Of a stretch of DNA of 64,000 nucleotides, positions 10,430 through 23,029 are shown one piece after another. The notes under the pieces were generated by a model. The model did not search any database. It was not told the DNA's origin and saw only the letters and a program-made list of their open reading frames with translations. The DNA lies in NCBI GenBank assembly GCA_009103225.1, contig RHPI01002069.1, positions 124,001-188,000 of the forward strand, given 5' to 3'. The translations under genes and the position numbers were made by a program. How positions within the stretch are numbered: position 1 is the stretch's first letter; every line of letters starts with the position of its first letter. This stretch comes from Chlorokybus atmophyticus (lineage: Eukaryota; Plantae; Mesostigma and Chlorokybus algae).

Positions 10430-10617
10430 GACATTTGCCCGAATACACCCACCCCCTACAAACAAAGCCCCCCCCCCCCCAAATCAATGAGGTGGGGTGG
10501 GGTGGGGGGTATTAACAGGGTACTCTTTCGCTTGTGAAAGGGGTGGTGGTAAATACAGCCACCCCCGGAACATCCATGGGGGCGTTGTAACAGGGGGGGA
10601 TATTCGGGCAAATACGG
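10430..10617. mobile_element. Short non-autonomous TIR element (MITE) with CCGTA-type termini; left end degraded
   Basis: ATTTGCCCGAATA (10433-10445) is the exact reverse complement of TATTCGGGCAAAT near the right end, which finishes ...AATACGG followed by TA (10618-10619). A related end occurs at 40772. Confidence 0.55.
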
Positions 10618-13090
10618 TAGGTTGCTATTATAGGTGGGAGCCTACTTGCATACATGTCTCACAATACCATTGTGCCACGAAATCTTCGTAAAGGAAATAT
10701 AATTTGGCGAGAGCACTTTACGAAACTCACTTCTCGGCGGCCAGACTTATGCAATGCTGTTAAACTGGTATGCATAGATTGGCGGGGGTTTGACAAAATA
10801 CTGATTTCATATTTTGCGGCGCCTCTCACAAAGATTTTGTGGCATTACGGTATACGTAACACTAAGACTCTTCCCACAAGAAACGGTTGAAGCCTTGTGT
10901 ACAAGCGTGCGTGCACACATAAGGGCTATGCAAGCATGCAAGGCGGTGTCTTGTACACCTTGTGTTATGATGTAACTCTATGACATGAATACGACAAGCC
11001 GTAAGTGGCATACCGCATAAGCGTTGAGACTCGGGGTGATGTATGTGACGCCATCACGTGTGGTCATATGTGCTTATCCAAATTCTCTTTACTATCCCAA
11101 ATTCACACTATTGTTAAATGTCTCATAAGACTCATGAGCACATTGATTATTACATATAAGTAGGACCATTCATGTGAATGGTAATTGATGTGATTTGACT
11201 GTGTAATCAATGGTACACACGCTAATGACACGTACACATCAATTTTGTTCTTTCGTTAATGTTGTAAAACAATAGCCCAGTATATTTGCGAGATCACAAT
11301 TTTGGACATATGACGTCAAAATCGAAACGACCGTTTGCTTGGGTGCAAGTACTGTGCCAATAGTGTTCATTGCAACGTATATAGGTTGCAAGCGATCACG
11401 TACCGGTATATATTCAAAGTGTATTATACTTCAAGAAGTAAGATTAGCAAGAAATGCCTAAATATACGTACCGAAAATTTATGCATATGCATGCATTCAC
11501 CATGAATTGTCAGCACGATGCATTCGTCACCATATTCAAGTTGCTCAATGTAAAAGCACAATTTACAAGATGATTCTGATTTTCGGCTGCAGTTGCCGAG
11601 CCGCGTTATTACTTGATACCCTGTATGTAGCATTTAAATCACTTCTTATATATATGTTGTATATAAGTGTGTTAACAAATTACATATATATGCAAGTTAC
11701 CTTTGATACATAAAGTGTAATTATTGTATAATATAAGTCATGTACATAAACATTATGATTGTACATATATGAGATGGGGCATGTATCCGACATGTGGCTC
11801 CCCATATAGCGGCGACTTTAACTATCATAGCCCATAATGGTTAAGGCGTTGATGTTGTAGTATTATTTGTGCGATTGACATACATAATGCATAATGATAA
11901 CATTACGCTACATACTACCCTTACTGTAAATTATATTACACATAGCAATTACAATCGTGTACATAAAGCGATTAAATAAGTTTGGGTGTCATTGTGCATA
12001 GTACATGACAACTGATGATGTACGCACATTATAAACGTTTTTGCTTACAATTGCTATTAAGCGATTTTGTATTTGTTGGTGTGCACCACAAGCATGCGTT
12101 GCCCACACATACAATAATTATATTGCTAATGAATATATGCACCTCGCGACTCTGCTATTATGAATGAGTTCAAAGTAGTAATCAGTACGACTATTAGCGA
12201 TGTTGAAAATCGTCAGTTAAATAAAAACACTTGAATCTACTCGTGGCATCTGTTGGCTATAGCTGCGATGCTGAACTCGCTTGAATCTGATTGTAACAAC
12301 AAATGGCTTAGACATGTAATGCAATACAAACAATTGATGCGCGACATGCACTGTCATGCGCCCAGCATTAACATAACACTAAATTATTGATTTGTCATCA
12401 ACACTAACACCATACAGCGTCAAGCGTAACGTATGGCATTCAACTCTAATGTGTATGAAAGCCTTTAGGTTGGTGTTTCCAATCGGTAACAAGCCACTAC
12501 TAAAGAAACCCGCGAGGCATGGTAGCAAGCACATCATCAAGACGCAGCAGCAATAGCAGTAGTTAGATACGAATGTAGCGAGTAATTTAATTGGTTTCGT
12601 TTTAACCCATGTTTTTAGAGTTGAGTTACATGGCGAGAAATCAAGCTTAGCGTGCTATCCAAAGTGCATAGCAACAATTGGAGTTTACATTTATTGGGCT
12701 CTGCGCTCTGCAATGAGGTTGATGTAACTTTAAGCAGCTGGGAAAGGCTTCACCTCAGATTCCTCTCGCAAGAAGACGCTGAAGCCAACCATGCTGTAAC
12801 AATGTACAAATAATGCGGACAGCATAGGGTATAACAGAGGGGCCACAAGCAAACAAGCAGACACACAACAACCAAAGCAATATAGACCACCACAAGGCAC
12901 ATACAACTAGCTAGCTATGGGGCTAGACCTATGTGCATGCAAGGCAGGCAGTGAGGCAGGCAGTACGCAGGCAGTAGCAGCTATGATAGCCCTGCCAAAC
13001 TACCTGCACAAGGTAGGAGGCAGGCAAAGGCTTGGGTGAGGCAGTGTGACACTGGACGGCAAGGATGACAAGGACGACGACGAGCATATG

Positions 13091-13149
13091 TGTATAATAA
13101 ATAGAATGCAAGGATTGTGGCATGCATGAGAGTGTGACACACACATGCA
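13091..13149. repeat. Dispersed repeat, copy 1 of 3 (others at 41362-41418 and 57078-57103)
   Basis: Shared core TGT..TAAATAGA..GCAAGGATTGT, extended by GGCATGCA..AGAG.GTG.CACA in copies 1 and 2. Confidence 0.6.
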
Positions 13150-13613
13150 TGAGCAGTCTACTCACCACATTATGAAGCACTCTCATAAACCACCTGGCTA
13201 CTAACCTAGCTGCTACCTACCTTCTCTACTGCCCATACCCATTAGACATGCATGCATGCATGCATGCGTGCGTCATCACCTGCACATGCGCCTTGGTGTG
13301 CACATGCGCAGACCTGTATGGTGTGCATGAATTGTTGTGCGACATCATTGTTACATGTTCAACAAACAATACATGCACACACTCAAACTCGCAGACTCAT
13401 GGATGGTTAGCCTATTCTGCTGCGGAGGCTATCCGTGATGCATCAAACAATGCAGCACCATAAGCATGATAGATATACTGTGCAGCTAAAGTGTTTGTGC
13501 TTCTACGACAACTGTATGCTGTACATATACACAAATGTGTGTCTATCAAAAACCAACAACACAATACGCAATGATACTACATCGAATCTGAAAGAATTGA
13601 TGTTTGATAGAGT

Positions 13614-15405
13614 CTATCCTTGCTCGGCGTCATGCGGTTCATCCTCCTCTCTCTCAACTTGAGAATAAGAGTAAATGCTCTCTCTCTTGTTCCTTGGAAC
13701 AACATCATCACGCGGCGCCTTGCGATCGGCAGAGTACAACACGTAATGTTGAATGATAAAAAGTACGTCGAATAAAGCCGTTTCCTGTACAGCATGACAA
13801 CGACAGCAGTCATGTACGCAGACATATGTATGCGCTCAGTTGGATGGCAACTCTAAGCATGCGTATGTATGGTAACAGGTAAAGAAGGGAGGGAGATGCT
13901 GCTACTCACCACAGAAAGCCCCACTTTGCCTACGTTGCCAGCAAAGCTTGCAAAGGAGCCTGCAATGACACAACATGAAAAGATTGCTGATCAAGATGTG
14001 CCAACAACTGCATAAGAAATCAACAGTAGTAACTGTGTTGCCATGTGACCGCCACAGTGAACATGCAGCATAACAGCCATACCTTGATCAATGCACAGCA
14101 CAAACAGCTGCGTGAAGTTGAACACCGCCCCCGTGAGGTCCAGAAGGATGTTTCCTATCGACCAGCCAATGGTGCTCTTTCGTGCGTAGTTCATGTAAGC
14201 CTGTGCATCGATTTCAAGCTTACAACCACTGATATAAACAGAAACTCGAGCTACAATAACTTCAAGTAACACAATGTGTACCTGAGGTGCGTACTTGATG
14301 GCCGTCATGAACAGCTGCAGGTAGCTGCCAAGGGCATGCAACGTGGTCATTTATTCATGCACGCAAGATCGTTATCACAAATACGAATCACTGCATGTGG
14401 TGCTTACTTACTTGGCGGTGTTTACAGCCCAAAGCCAGCGATCAAACACGACGGCCTGCACAAGCGCGAAACCCAAGAGCGCCCACGCGCACGCGCTGAT
14501 GGCGCCGGCTACACGAGACACGCGCTGGCTCCCTCTCTGTGATTTTGATCATGAGGCTGCAGCCATCGAGAGAGACACATGCACTCATATGTGTGTCACT
14601 CTGTGTATGCGCTCAGACCTGCATGCAGGCGTATACCCATGCGCACACATGCACACGAGCACAAACACGCCAATAACCGCGCACGTGATGTGCACGTGTG
14701 TATACACGTACACATTACACAATACGTGCGCAGACAGCAACACCCTTGATACAATAACACACCACGCACGCAGCAATCGGTGTCACTCCACCTCGTAAAT
14801 GAGCACTTGGAACAGCGTGAATGTCACCAACGCCACCGCATGCGAAGAGAACGCAACGTCGCTTGCCGACACCGGGATGGGCTTCGCAACACCAGCGTGT
14901 CAAACAAGCAATCACACAACGAATGTAATACAAAGTGCGTGTGCGTGTGCATTTGCATTGCATGCGTGCGTGTGCGTGCAAAGCCGTGAATGCGGCCATA
15001 CCGCATGCGGTCCGAACTTTTGTCTGTACTGCCTCTGCACTTGCGGGACGGCCAGCATGCCCACGTTGAACAGGAAGTAGGAAGCATGCTTGGTGAAGTT
15101 GAACACCGCAAAGTCGAAGTTGAAACCAACCACACTGCAGACACAAACACACAGTGACGCAATTGACACCAACAACACCAACCATGCAGCAACAGCAACC
15201 ACAGCATTGAGCAACAACAGTGACAACCACAGCAGTAACGTTTTCAACTCTCATGCCTTTTGCGTCGGTGGTTGAGTATGGCCTGCGGGTAGAACGACAC
15301 GGACCAGGCGGCGAAGCCCGCCCACCCGCACGCCTCGTACGCCGCCTGCGCCCACACAGACGACCAACCCCACGCCGCCTCCACCGCCGCCGCAGGCGAG
15401 CCCAT
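13614..15405 (-). CDS. CTNS: Cystinosin (PQ-loop lysosomal/vacuolar cystine transporter)
   Basis: Spliced translation: GWAGFAAWSVSFYPQAILNHRRK|SVVGFNFDFAVFNFTKHASY ... IKYAPQ|AYMNYARKSTIGWSIGNILLDLTG ... FDVLFIIQHYVLY. Both PQ motifs are present. The first intron is GC-AG. Confidence 0.9.
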
Positions 15406-15530
15406 CAACCCCTACCCTGGCCTGGTAAATAGCGGCCTGGTCCGACCCTTGGCGTGGCAGACTTAGGCTGGCCTGGTCTGGTGTGGCCTGGCCTGGCCTG
15501 GCTGAGATAGCCACAGCCTAGCCAACCGGC

Positions 15531-16650
15531 ATGGCGGCGGCGGCGAAGCGGGCGGCGGGGGCTGTGGTCAAGGCGACCAAGGCGGCGGCAGGTGAGGCGG
15601 GGTCGTCCTCCTCGTCGTCGTCTTCGGCGCAGCGCAACCTGTTCGAGCTGGCCAGGATGTTACCTCAGCACGGACTGGGCGCCGTGTTCTACAAGAAGGA
15701 CTGGGCGGGCTTTAGGTTCAGGCCGCACTACGTCATCACCAGGATACACCACTCACCGGTGAGTTAATACGCATCAATCAGTCAGTCGCTCAGTGCACTA
15801 ACGAGGGTCAATTCTTGGTCGCTTGTTGAGCAATTGTATTGTGTGGCATGCTCTGAATCATAGCACAGACAGAGCAATGCGTGCACTACAGCAACTCAAC
15901 TCATTCGATGCGTTCACCTGGAAGGGTTGAAACACCAACCAAAGGGTTCCAGTGATGGTGCTTTGTCCTTCGCTCCTTGTGTGTTCGTGTGCGTGTGCGT
16001 GCTCATGTGGGTGTAGTGTGATCTGCCGTAAACGAGCGGTGAGATGGTCGCCCCAACCGCGTCAAAGGACACCATGAACCCAACAATCACGGCGATAGTT
16101 GTCGCAATAGCACAGAATGGGGATCCCTGATAACGGCTATGAACAGCAATGCAGTCACGGGATTGAACGTGCATGCGTGCGCGCGTGCATGTACGTTCAA
16201 TCCGTGTTATTGCTCTTGTGTTTATGTCACAACTTGTGCAGGATGGCGCGCACGGCAAAGCGTGGGGTGTTCTCCACTGGCAAGGTGCGTGCATACCAAG
16301 CAGGGGAATGTGGGTGCAGTTTGCACTCCACCCACATTCATATATGAAATGTGGGTGGAGTTTGCACTGCATGAATTGATGTGGGTGCAGTGCAAACTGC
16401 ACCCACTTTCACTTGCATCTGGCCGTCACTGCCACTACCACGCACATGTATCATGCTTCGACATGATCATGGCGCACGTTGCATGGGTGCAGACAAAACA
16501 AGCAGTGAAACAAGGATACGCGGCACGTTGAAGCCGATATGGAAGTTCCGCTCACCGCCGCAGCAGTGGAAAACCCTTCCGCAACAACAACAACAACAAG
16601 AGGGCAGCTCCGTACCGGACATTGATGTGTCCCAAACTTCTACTCCCTAA
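15531..16650 (+). CDS. MRPS34: Mitochondrial ribosomal protein mS34 (MRPS34-like), 3 exons
   Basis: RNLFELARMLPQHGLGAVFYKKDW...YVITRIH | DGAHGKAWGVLHWQG | ...RIRGTLKPIWK matches the MRP-S34 family pattern. Confidence 0.75.
16306..16410. repeat. Tiny fold-back/MITE-like insert in MRPS34 intron 2
   Basis: GAATGTGGGTGCAGTTTGCAC (16306-16326) matches the reverse complement of 16390-16410 at 20/21 positions; a further copy of the unit lies inside. Confidence 0.65.
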
Positions 16651-17622
16651 TCGGTGATGTTGATGTGGGGGATTCTCGTTGCGGCAGTGGATTGTTCAGC
16701 AGATTGAGGTGGGCATTGGGTTGTGGGTCAGGCGCTAGGTGTTGATGCAGCACAAGTTGGGGGAGATGAGCGGTTGCGAGTGGACGTGTATATTGACACA
16801 TGTAGTAGGTCACATAGCATGGGTGCCAAGTGACAGGCGCTGCAGAGTTGAGTATTCTTAAGATGGGGTAGTGACGAGGACACTAACACAGAGAGAGGAA
16901 GACTCAGAGGCCAATGCGTTGCTGGCTAGCTCGTTGACTGCAGACACATGCACAGAATGATTGTACACATGTGATGCAGTGTGGATGTGTCTTGCGTCAG
17001 CTATCTGTGGCAAACAGATCATGGGTTGTGGCCTACGGATTCAACAACCCGATTATGTCTATGTACTGCTTGCTTATGCCAACGCTACTTATGATATGCA
17101 AGCCATTCACCTGAGGGATTACGGCAGCCCGAGCACACGACTCACAGAAGAGCTATGCAAAGCATGCTCAGAAATAGGTATGCACGCGCATGCAACAGTG
17201 GAAGCCAAGGCAAAGGCAGCAATCAACTATGTGGGGGCCAACTCTCGCACTTAATCTCATTTTAGGCGCAACCCATACTAGATACTACAACACAGGCCTA
17301 GACTCGGACCCTCAGGTAGCATCATGCAGGGGCAAGCAGGAGATGACAGCAGCAAAAGACCACCTGCACAATGCAGGGATACATGTACTAGTGGTTGTGT
17401 AACAATATCCGCACACACTACTAGTCATTAGCAACACACACGCCACCGTACCAAATCAATCTATACAAAATAAATGCTCTATACAAAACTTGCAACAGGC
17501 GTTGCTCCTCCTCCGAACACGAGCCTCCATAGGAGCTGTCGTGTTCATCTCAGTCAGACTCACAAAGAGCCGCCAAAAACACCACCACCGCCAACAACAA
17601 CAACACAACAACAACGTCATCA

Positions 17623-20600
17623 TTATTTCAGCGAGGCCCGCCATGCGGATTCGATTGCGGCGGCCATGCGTTTGCAGGCGGCAGGGTCGGCGGCGAGTGC
17701 GGAGCGCAGGCGGTGGGACAGCTCCATCTGCACGCTCGCCAGTCCAAGCGCCGCGCCCTGCTGCGACATCGTCATCCGCCCGCTGCTCTCGCCTGTTGTC
17801 AGTCAATGACATGTAAGATCATGATGTTGCTATCACAAACAACGACTGCACTGAGCATAATGATGATGATCACAACCTCAAGCATAGTGGCATAGCAGTG
17901 GGATGAATACTTGAACAACAGCGACAGCAACGACAAGAAACACAACAACACTACTGACGATCGTTACGATTACACCAACCCTCACCTGTGTCTCCAGTGA
18001 AGCGTGGGTTGTCGTTAACAACAAACTCCACCCCTTTCGGCGTCCAGGATGCGAAGAACTCCTGCAGCCCCTGGCGCAGCCTGTCCCTCAGCCGCGCCGC
18101 GAGCTTGTCGTCCCCCATGCGGGCCAGCGCCTTGGTGCCGAGGTCGCAGTCGGACGGGTCCATGCGCGCCGTCGCGCCGGGGTCCATGCGACCGTGAAGG
18201 TCGACGTGCAGGACTCTGAATGGAACGGAAGCATGAGAGCTGGGGAGCGATCATGCACAATCTGGGGGTAAATTCCCGCATATGCGCGCAAATGCCCGAG
18301 TTTGCATGAGTTATGCAAGCAAGTGCATGCTTGTGCACAACTGTGGACGTGTGCACGAGCGTGCTTATGTGCGTTTGAGCGCGTCCACATACAGCTGTTG
18401 TGAACATAGAAACGTACACAAACTCTGTGTAGCCAATAATGCGCGCAAGCGCGCACCACCGATCGAGTCCTATACCTGCTTTGCCCAGGTTTGCAGTTGT
18501 GTTGGCTCGCGAGGCGGGAGAGCACCAGGTTGAAAGGGGACGCCTGAGCTTCTTCACAAGTCAGGTAGTTAGGGTCCCTGTTGGAAGGGTCGGGATCGTC
18601 AAGCAGCACCGACTTGATCACTTCGGTCGGCGCCCATACGACGTGGCTGCCCTTTACCGCTTCTGCAAACCTGATGTTGTAACATGAATTGGGTGAGCAG
18701 CGCACTTAACATCATGGCGCACGAGATATGCACGTGTGTTGCTAAAAGCTGGAGTCTGTTAACACATGGCTTGATGTGCAGATTTGATCCAGTGTGCATT
18801 CAAGTAAGCGTGTGCATTAACATACTTTATGAGCAGAAGATGCATGCGCAGGTATACATATACATATACTGACAAACTTACATGCATACACATGCACATA
18901 TGCGCGGCGACGCACTACAATCAGGCACATGTAATGCGGTCACTTTGATATGTGTCTTACCTCAAGGCGAGAAGGGTGACAAAGTCCTCAGCTTTATGGT
19001 CTTTGTGCAGGTCACGCTTGAGGCTGACACCATGCGGTGCAGTGAATACCATATCCCCTCTCAACCGCACGTCCAACCGCGCAACGCGCGCAAAGTGCGC
19101 AGCATTGACGTGACGGGACAACCGCATGCAAAAGCACGAGTCCGCATCAGAGTCTTCTCCATTGCACTCAACGCAGTCCACGCTATCAATTGTGTCACTC
19201 TCGTGTGCAGCTGCCGCATCATACGGCAACCGCAGCTTTCGCAAAAGATCAGAGGTCGAGTTCACCTCAGCGGATTGCAGCAACTCCGACACCTGAAGCA
19301 CGTGTGCGTGGGTGATGTGTGACTGCTTGCATGAGAACCAACAAGCAAGTCAACTTGTATGTCTCACCTTCTCCTTGACTTGATCATCCGGGCTAACAAC
19401 GCTGGCAGCCGTTGCCAAGTCAGCCTGCCTGCTGCCGCCAACCTCTCCATTCAACTGTTTAACAACCAACAGCTATTGATGGTTCAACACCAAGCATGTG
19501 ACAGCTACTGACACATTTTCAAAAAGAAGCAATTATAGCTGGGGGACACCTGACTCCCTGACTCACATACACACATCATCTGCGAGCTGGTCCGCAATGG
19601 CGTGCAGCGCCTCCCGCGGGAACAGCTGCTGGACATCGCGGCCGCACTTGGCCGCGATGACGTGGTTCAGAAGGCACGGCGCGCCGCGGAAGTGGGTCGA
19701 GGAAGGGAGAGAATCATTGCGGTCGCCGACGTGGTGCCAGGAGGTGTCCACAGCGCGATACAGGTCTGAGAGCTGCGAGTACACACACACACACACACAG
19801 ACTGAACCACGTGGTTTGAACAGCTGACATGTGCAAATAACACCTCATGGGCACCTCTGCGACTGGTACTGCACTGTCTGGAGTAACTAAACTACCCTGC
19901 CTGCTGCTCGAAACATGCTACCAAGAGTATGGGAATGTCTCTCAAGTCAATGTCTTATGTTCAACTCGAAACATGAATAGTGCAACTATTTTCTGTAGCT
20001 CTACAATGGTGCTTGAGACTGATCTTTCAATGCAGTCATATCAATGAGGGCTGTGTCACGCAGTGTCATGCAACAGGTTGCAAGTATCGAAATGCTGTTG
20101 TCTGATTACGGAAGCTAGTGATGAGTTCAACATACTGATAAAAAGATGTATGTTGCTGACCAGAGAGGTGACCAGACTGATAAGCAAAGTGCGTTTATCT
20201 TACTGTTGCATGCTGCAATGGGTTCATGTCAAGGAAATGACAGTCGTGTCGTGATAATGTTTGCTGCATAGACATCATGCATTTTCCAACGTTGACACTC
20301 AAATTCTGCTCTCTCACATGTGGGACACAGAGATCAACAACTATGCATGCATCACATCGACCTCAACATCTTGACTGAACATCTTGCATGCACTTCAGCT
20401 AAGAGCTCTGTTTCACGTTAAAGTAGAAGCTTACTGCTGATGGATCTCACACATGCATGTGGACAGCACGCAAGCCATGCACCACCACCAGACCACCAGC
20501 ACCTTGCTGAGCTTGATGGCCTGCAGCGTCGACAGCCTCGCTTCATGCTCCGCGGGCGGGAAGTGCCGACGCACGACTGCGGTCAGCTCCGCTGGCACCG

Positions 20601-20652
20601 CGGACACCGTCCCCGCCCCCGCCGCCGTCCCCGCCGCCGCCGCCGCCACCAT
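17623..20652 (-). CDS. Multi-exon protein with a C-terminal N-formylglutamate-amidohydrolase-like (Zn exopeptidase fold) domain
   Basis: Joined exons give MVFTAPHGVSLKRDLHKDHKAEDFVTLLALR|FAEAV...NRDPNY...SR|VLHVDLHGR...DLGT...VVNDNPRFTG|...TMSQQ...SVQMELSHRLRSAL, stop at 17623-17625. Several N-terminal exons are not fully resolved. Confidence 0.55.
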
Positions 20653-21151
20653 GGCCACCCTTACCCGCTGCCACGTCAACATTAGCACACGCAAGCTTTT
20701 GATCTGATCTCATCTTGCGGGGGATGAGTGAATCAATCCGTAACCAGTCACCAATCTTCTGATTCACTGATTGACCGATGACTGATTCAGTGTTTCATTG
20801 ATGCTGTGCCAGCAGCTGTGGAGAGATTTGCGCGTATCGCAGGCGTTACGCCTCTCCCGCGCAACACACGTAACCGATTGACGCTGTCAGCGCGGAAGAG
20901 GCGTATCTAAGTTACGCCCACGCACAGGCTTCGTATCTGCTCACAAAATCCTGCCCTTTGCTAGAGTTTCAGTGCAAGTAACCATTTCAGGCACAGGCGG
21001 CGAGGGTGGCGGCGGTATCGGTGGCGGTGTGCTTGCGATATTGGTAGAGTGGTCGTCGCTGTGGTGAACTTCGACAACGTCGAGCGGTCACTGCGATTTG
21101 CTGCCCTTTCTGAGCGAAATCAAGCTCCCTTGCTGAGCAACTTCAGAAGCC

Positions 21152-21409
21152 ATGGTGCTGGGCTATATCGTCCGGTTTGCGCTTTACCTGGTGTCGCTGG
21201 CTCTAAGCTCCGTCAGCCACCTTCTCAAGTGGCGGCTTGCCTACGGCGTCCTGGCCTTCCTTGTCCTGATGGTCTACACCCGTAGCGACAGCCCCTCGCA
21301 GGTCGCCAAGAAGGATGACATGAAACCACTCATCGACATTGGGGCGCCGACCACGAAGATGGCCACACAGCCGATGAGCCTGCCGCCAGCTGGAGAGCCA
21401 CGCTTCTAG
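21152..21409 (+). CDS. Hypothetical 85-aa membrane protein, single exon
   Basis: ATG-to-TAG ORF with GC-rich third positions and two hydrophobic stretches; divergent from the gene starting at 20652. Confidence 0.45.
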   Translation: MVLGYIVRFALYLVSLALSSVSHLLKWRLAYGVLAFLVLMVYTRSDSPSQVAKKDDMKPLIDIGAPTTKMATQPMSLPPAGEPRF

Positions 21410-23029
21410 CTTGAAACAAGCCTTAAAGCTGAGCAAAGAGAGAAAAAGAGAGGTTCGCACTGCTGCGCTGTGAGATGAAGTGGAAGATGAATCCTGTGCC
21501 AGAGCAAAGCCCAGCACAGCATATTCCCCTGAGAGCTGCATAGCACAGCATAACGCAGCACAGCAGAGCAGTTGAAACCCGCATGTAAGCTCGCGTATAC
21601 ACCAGTGCAGATGTTGGAGAGATCAGTTGTTGTTTGTGTGTTTGTTTGGAGTGAGGGACCACAATCTTGTTGTACAGCTGTATAGAAACACATTGTAATG
21701 TAGAGAGCGCTTCTCTGATATGTAGTTTCAGTTTGGTTTGCTTCAGATCACTTCGAATGCTGTGGTTGCGCCTTGTGTGCATTTGACTGTGTACCGGGTG
21801 CTGTATCATACATGCTCAAAACGTGTTTGCATGCGCACTCAGTTAGTGTAGACTACTTGTACAAGACCACTGATGGTAGCAATGAGAGCACTACACAATG
21901 GCATCTGCATGCACAATTGACGCCATGTGACACGCCACGCGCAGCTTGTGCATCTATGCGAGTCATGCAAATGAACATGCACGCATGTGCACTGCCCCAG
22001 TCTTGATGGTAGGCCACTCGGCTGTGCTTTGATGCATGCATTCTCTCATGCACGTATGCGTTTGCTTCCTTGACGTATGGTTCTACATTCCCTAGTGGCA
22101 GAACAGTATATCGAACAGGCAGTCACATGAGCACAAGTTGGTTAAGAATATCAGATCTTGTCGCCAGCCAGCACAATCTGTCAAGCATACGTAAAGTTGC
22201 ACTGTACCCAAGCTGCTGTGCAAGCTCGCTTGCTACAACAGCGACTTGGTTTTGTGCAAACCGCAGTGGCAGCTTCAGTGTACCACCTGCCAAGAAGATG
22301 TGTATGTTCGCAACCAGCTGTAATTAACATGAGTCGGTGTTATGTGGCAGAACTCCGTGCAGGGGACTGCAATACATAAGGCAGGCACAAGTGCACAGAG
22401 TGTTGCAGCTTGTGTAGATGCTTGCACGTGTGCACTTTCACTTGCATCTCTTGCTTTATAGGTAATGCAACGACTGTTTGTCATGCCATTTGAGAGTTGG
22501 TAGCGTGCAGTGCTACTCAGAAGCAACAGTCACTCCTGTTTATCGACCAATCGCAATCCCACATGGTAATGGAAGGCTGCATTGATGTCTAGCTCTGTTT
22601 GTTGTGTTTGCGTTTGTGCGCTTCTTGTAGCGTGGTTGTGCAGTAGTTGAAGATGTTGGCAAAAATGGAGCAGCTTTTGCAGTTTTCAACTGCACACCTT
22701 ATAATAGCTTCACTGTGCCAGTGCACTAGTGTACACAAAGGTACCAATTTTACTCTACTCTAGCCACGCTACCACTGCAAGCCAGGGCAGAGACACTATC
22801 ACTAGTCTCTGCTACTGCAACCGGCTGGCATACTGTTGTAAACTACACCTATGCAACTTGTGTTGCAGCCGGTGCTTAGGCACTCGGACCTTTCTTCAGA
22901 GGCCTCCGGGGCCTTGAACCTCCAGACAAACAGAACAAGAACAACTGGCAAGCGGGGAGGAGTAGAAGTCCCCATATGCCGACAATAGCATCAACACACT
23001 ACCGAGTGAATCTTTAAAACTACAAGTAC

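Noticed and set aside
11820-11870. tRNA A-box-like stretch (GCCCATAATGGTTAAGGCG)
   Set aside because: No B-box/TpsiC arm and no cloverleaf could be built.
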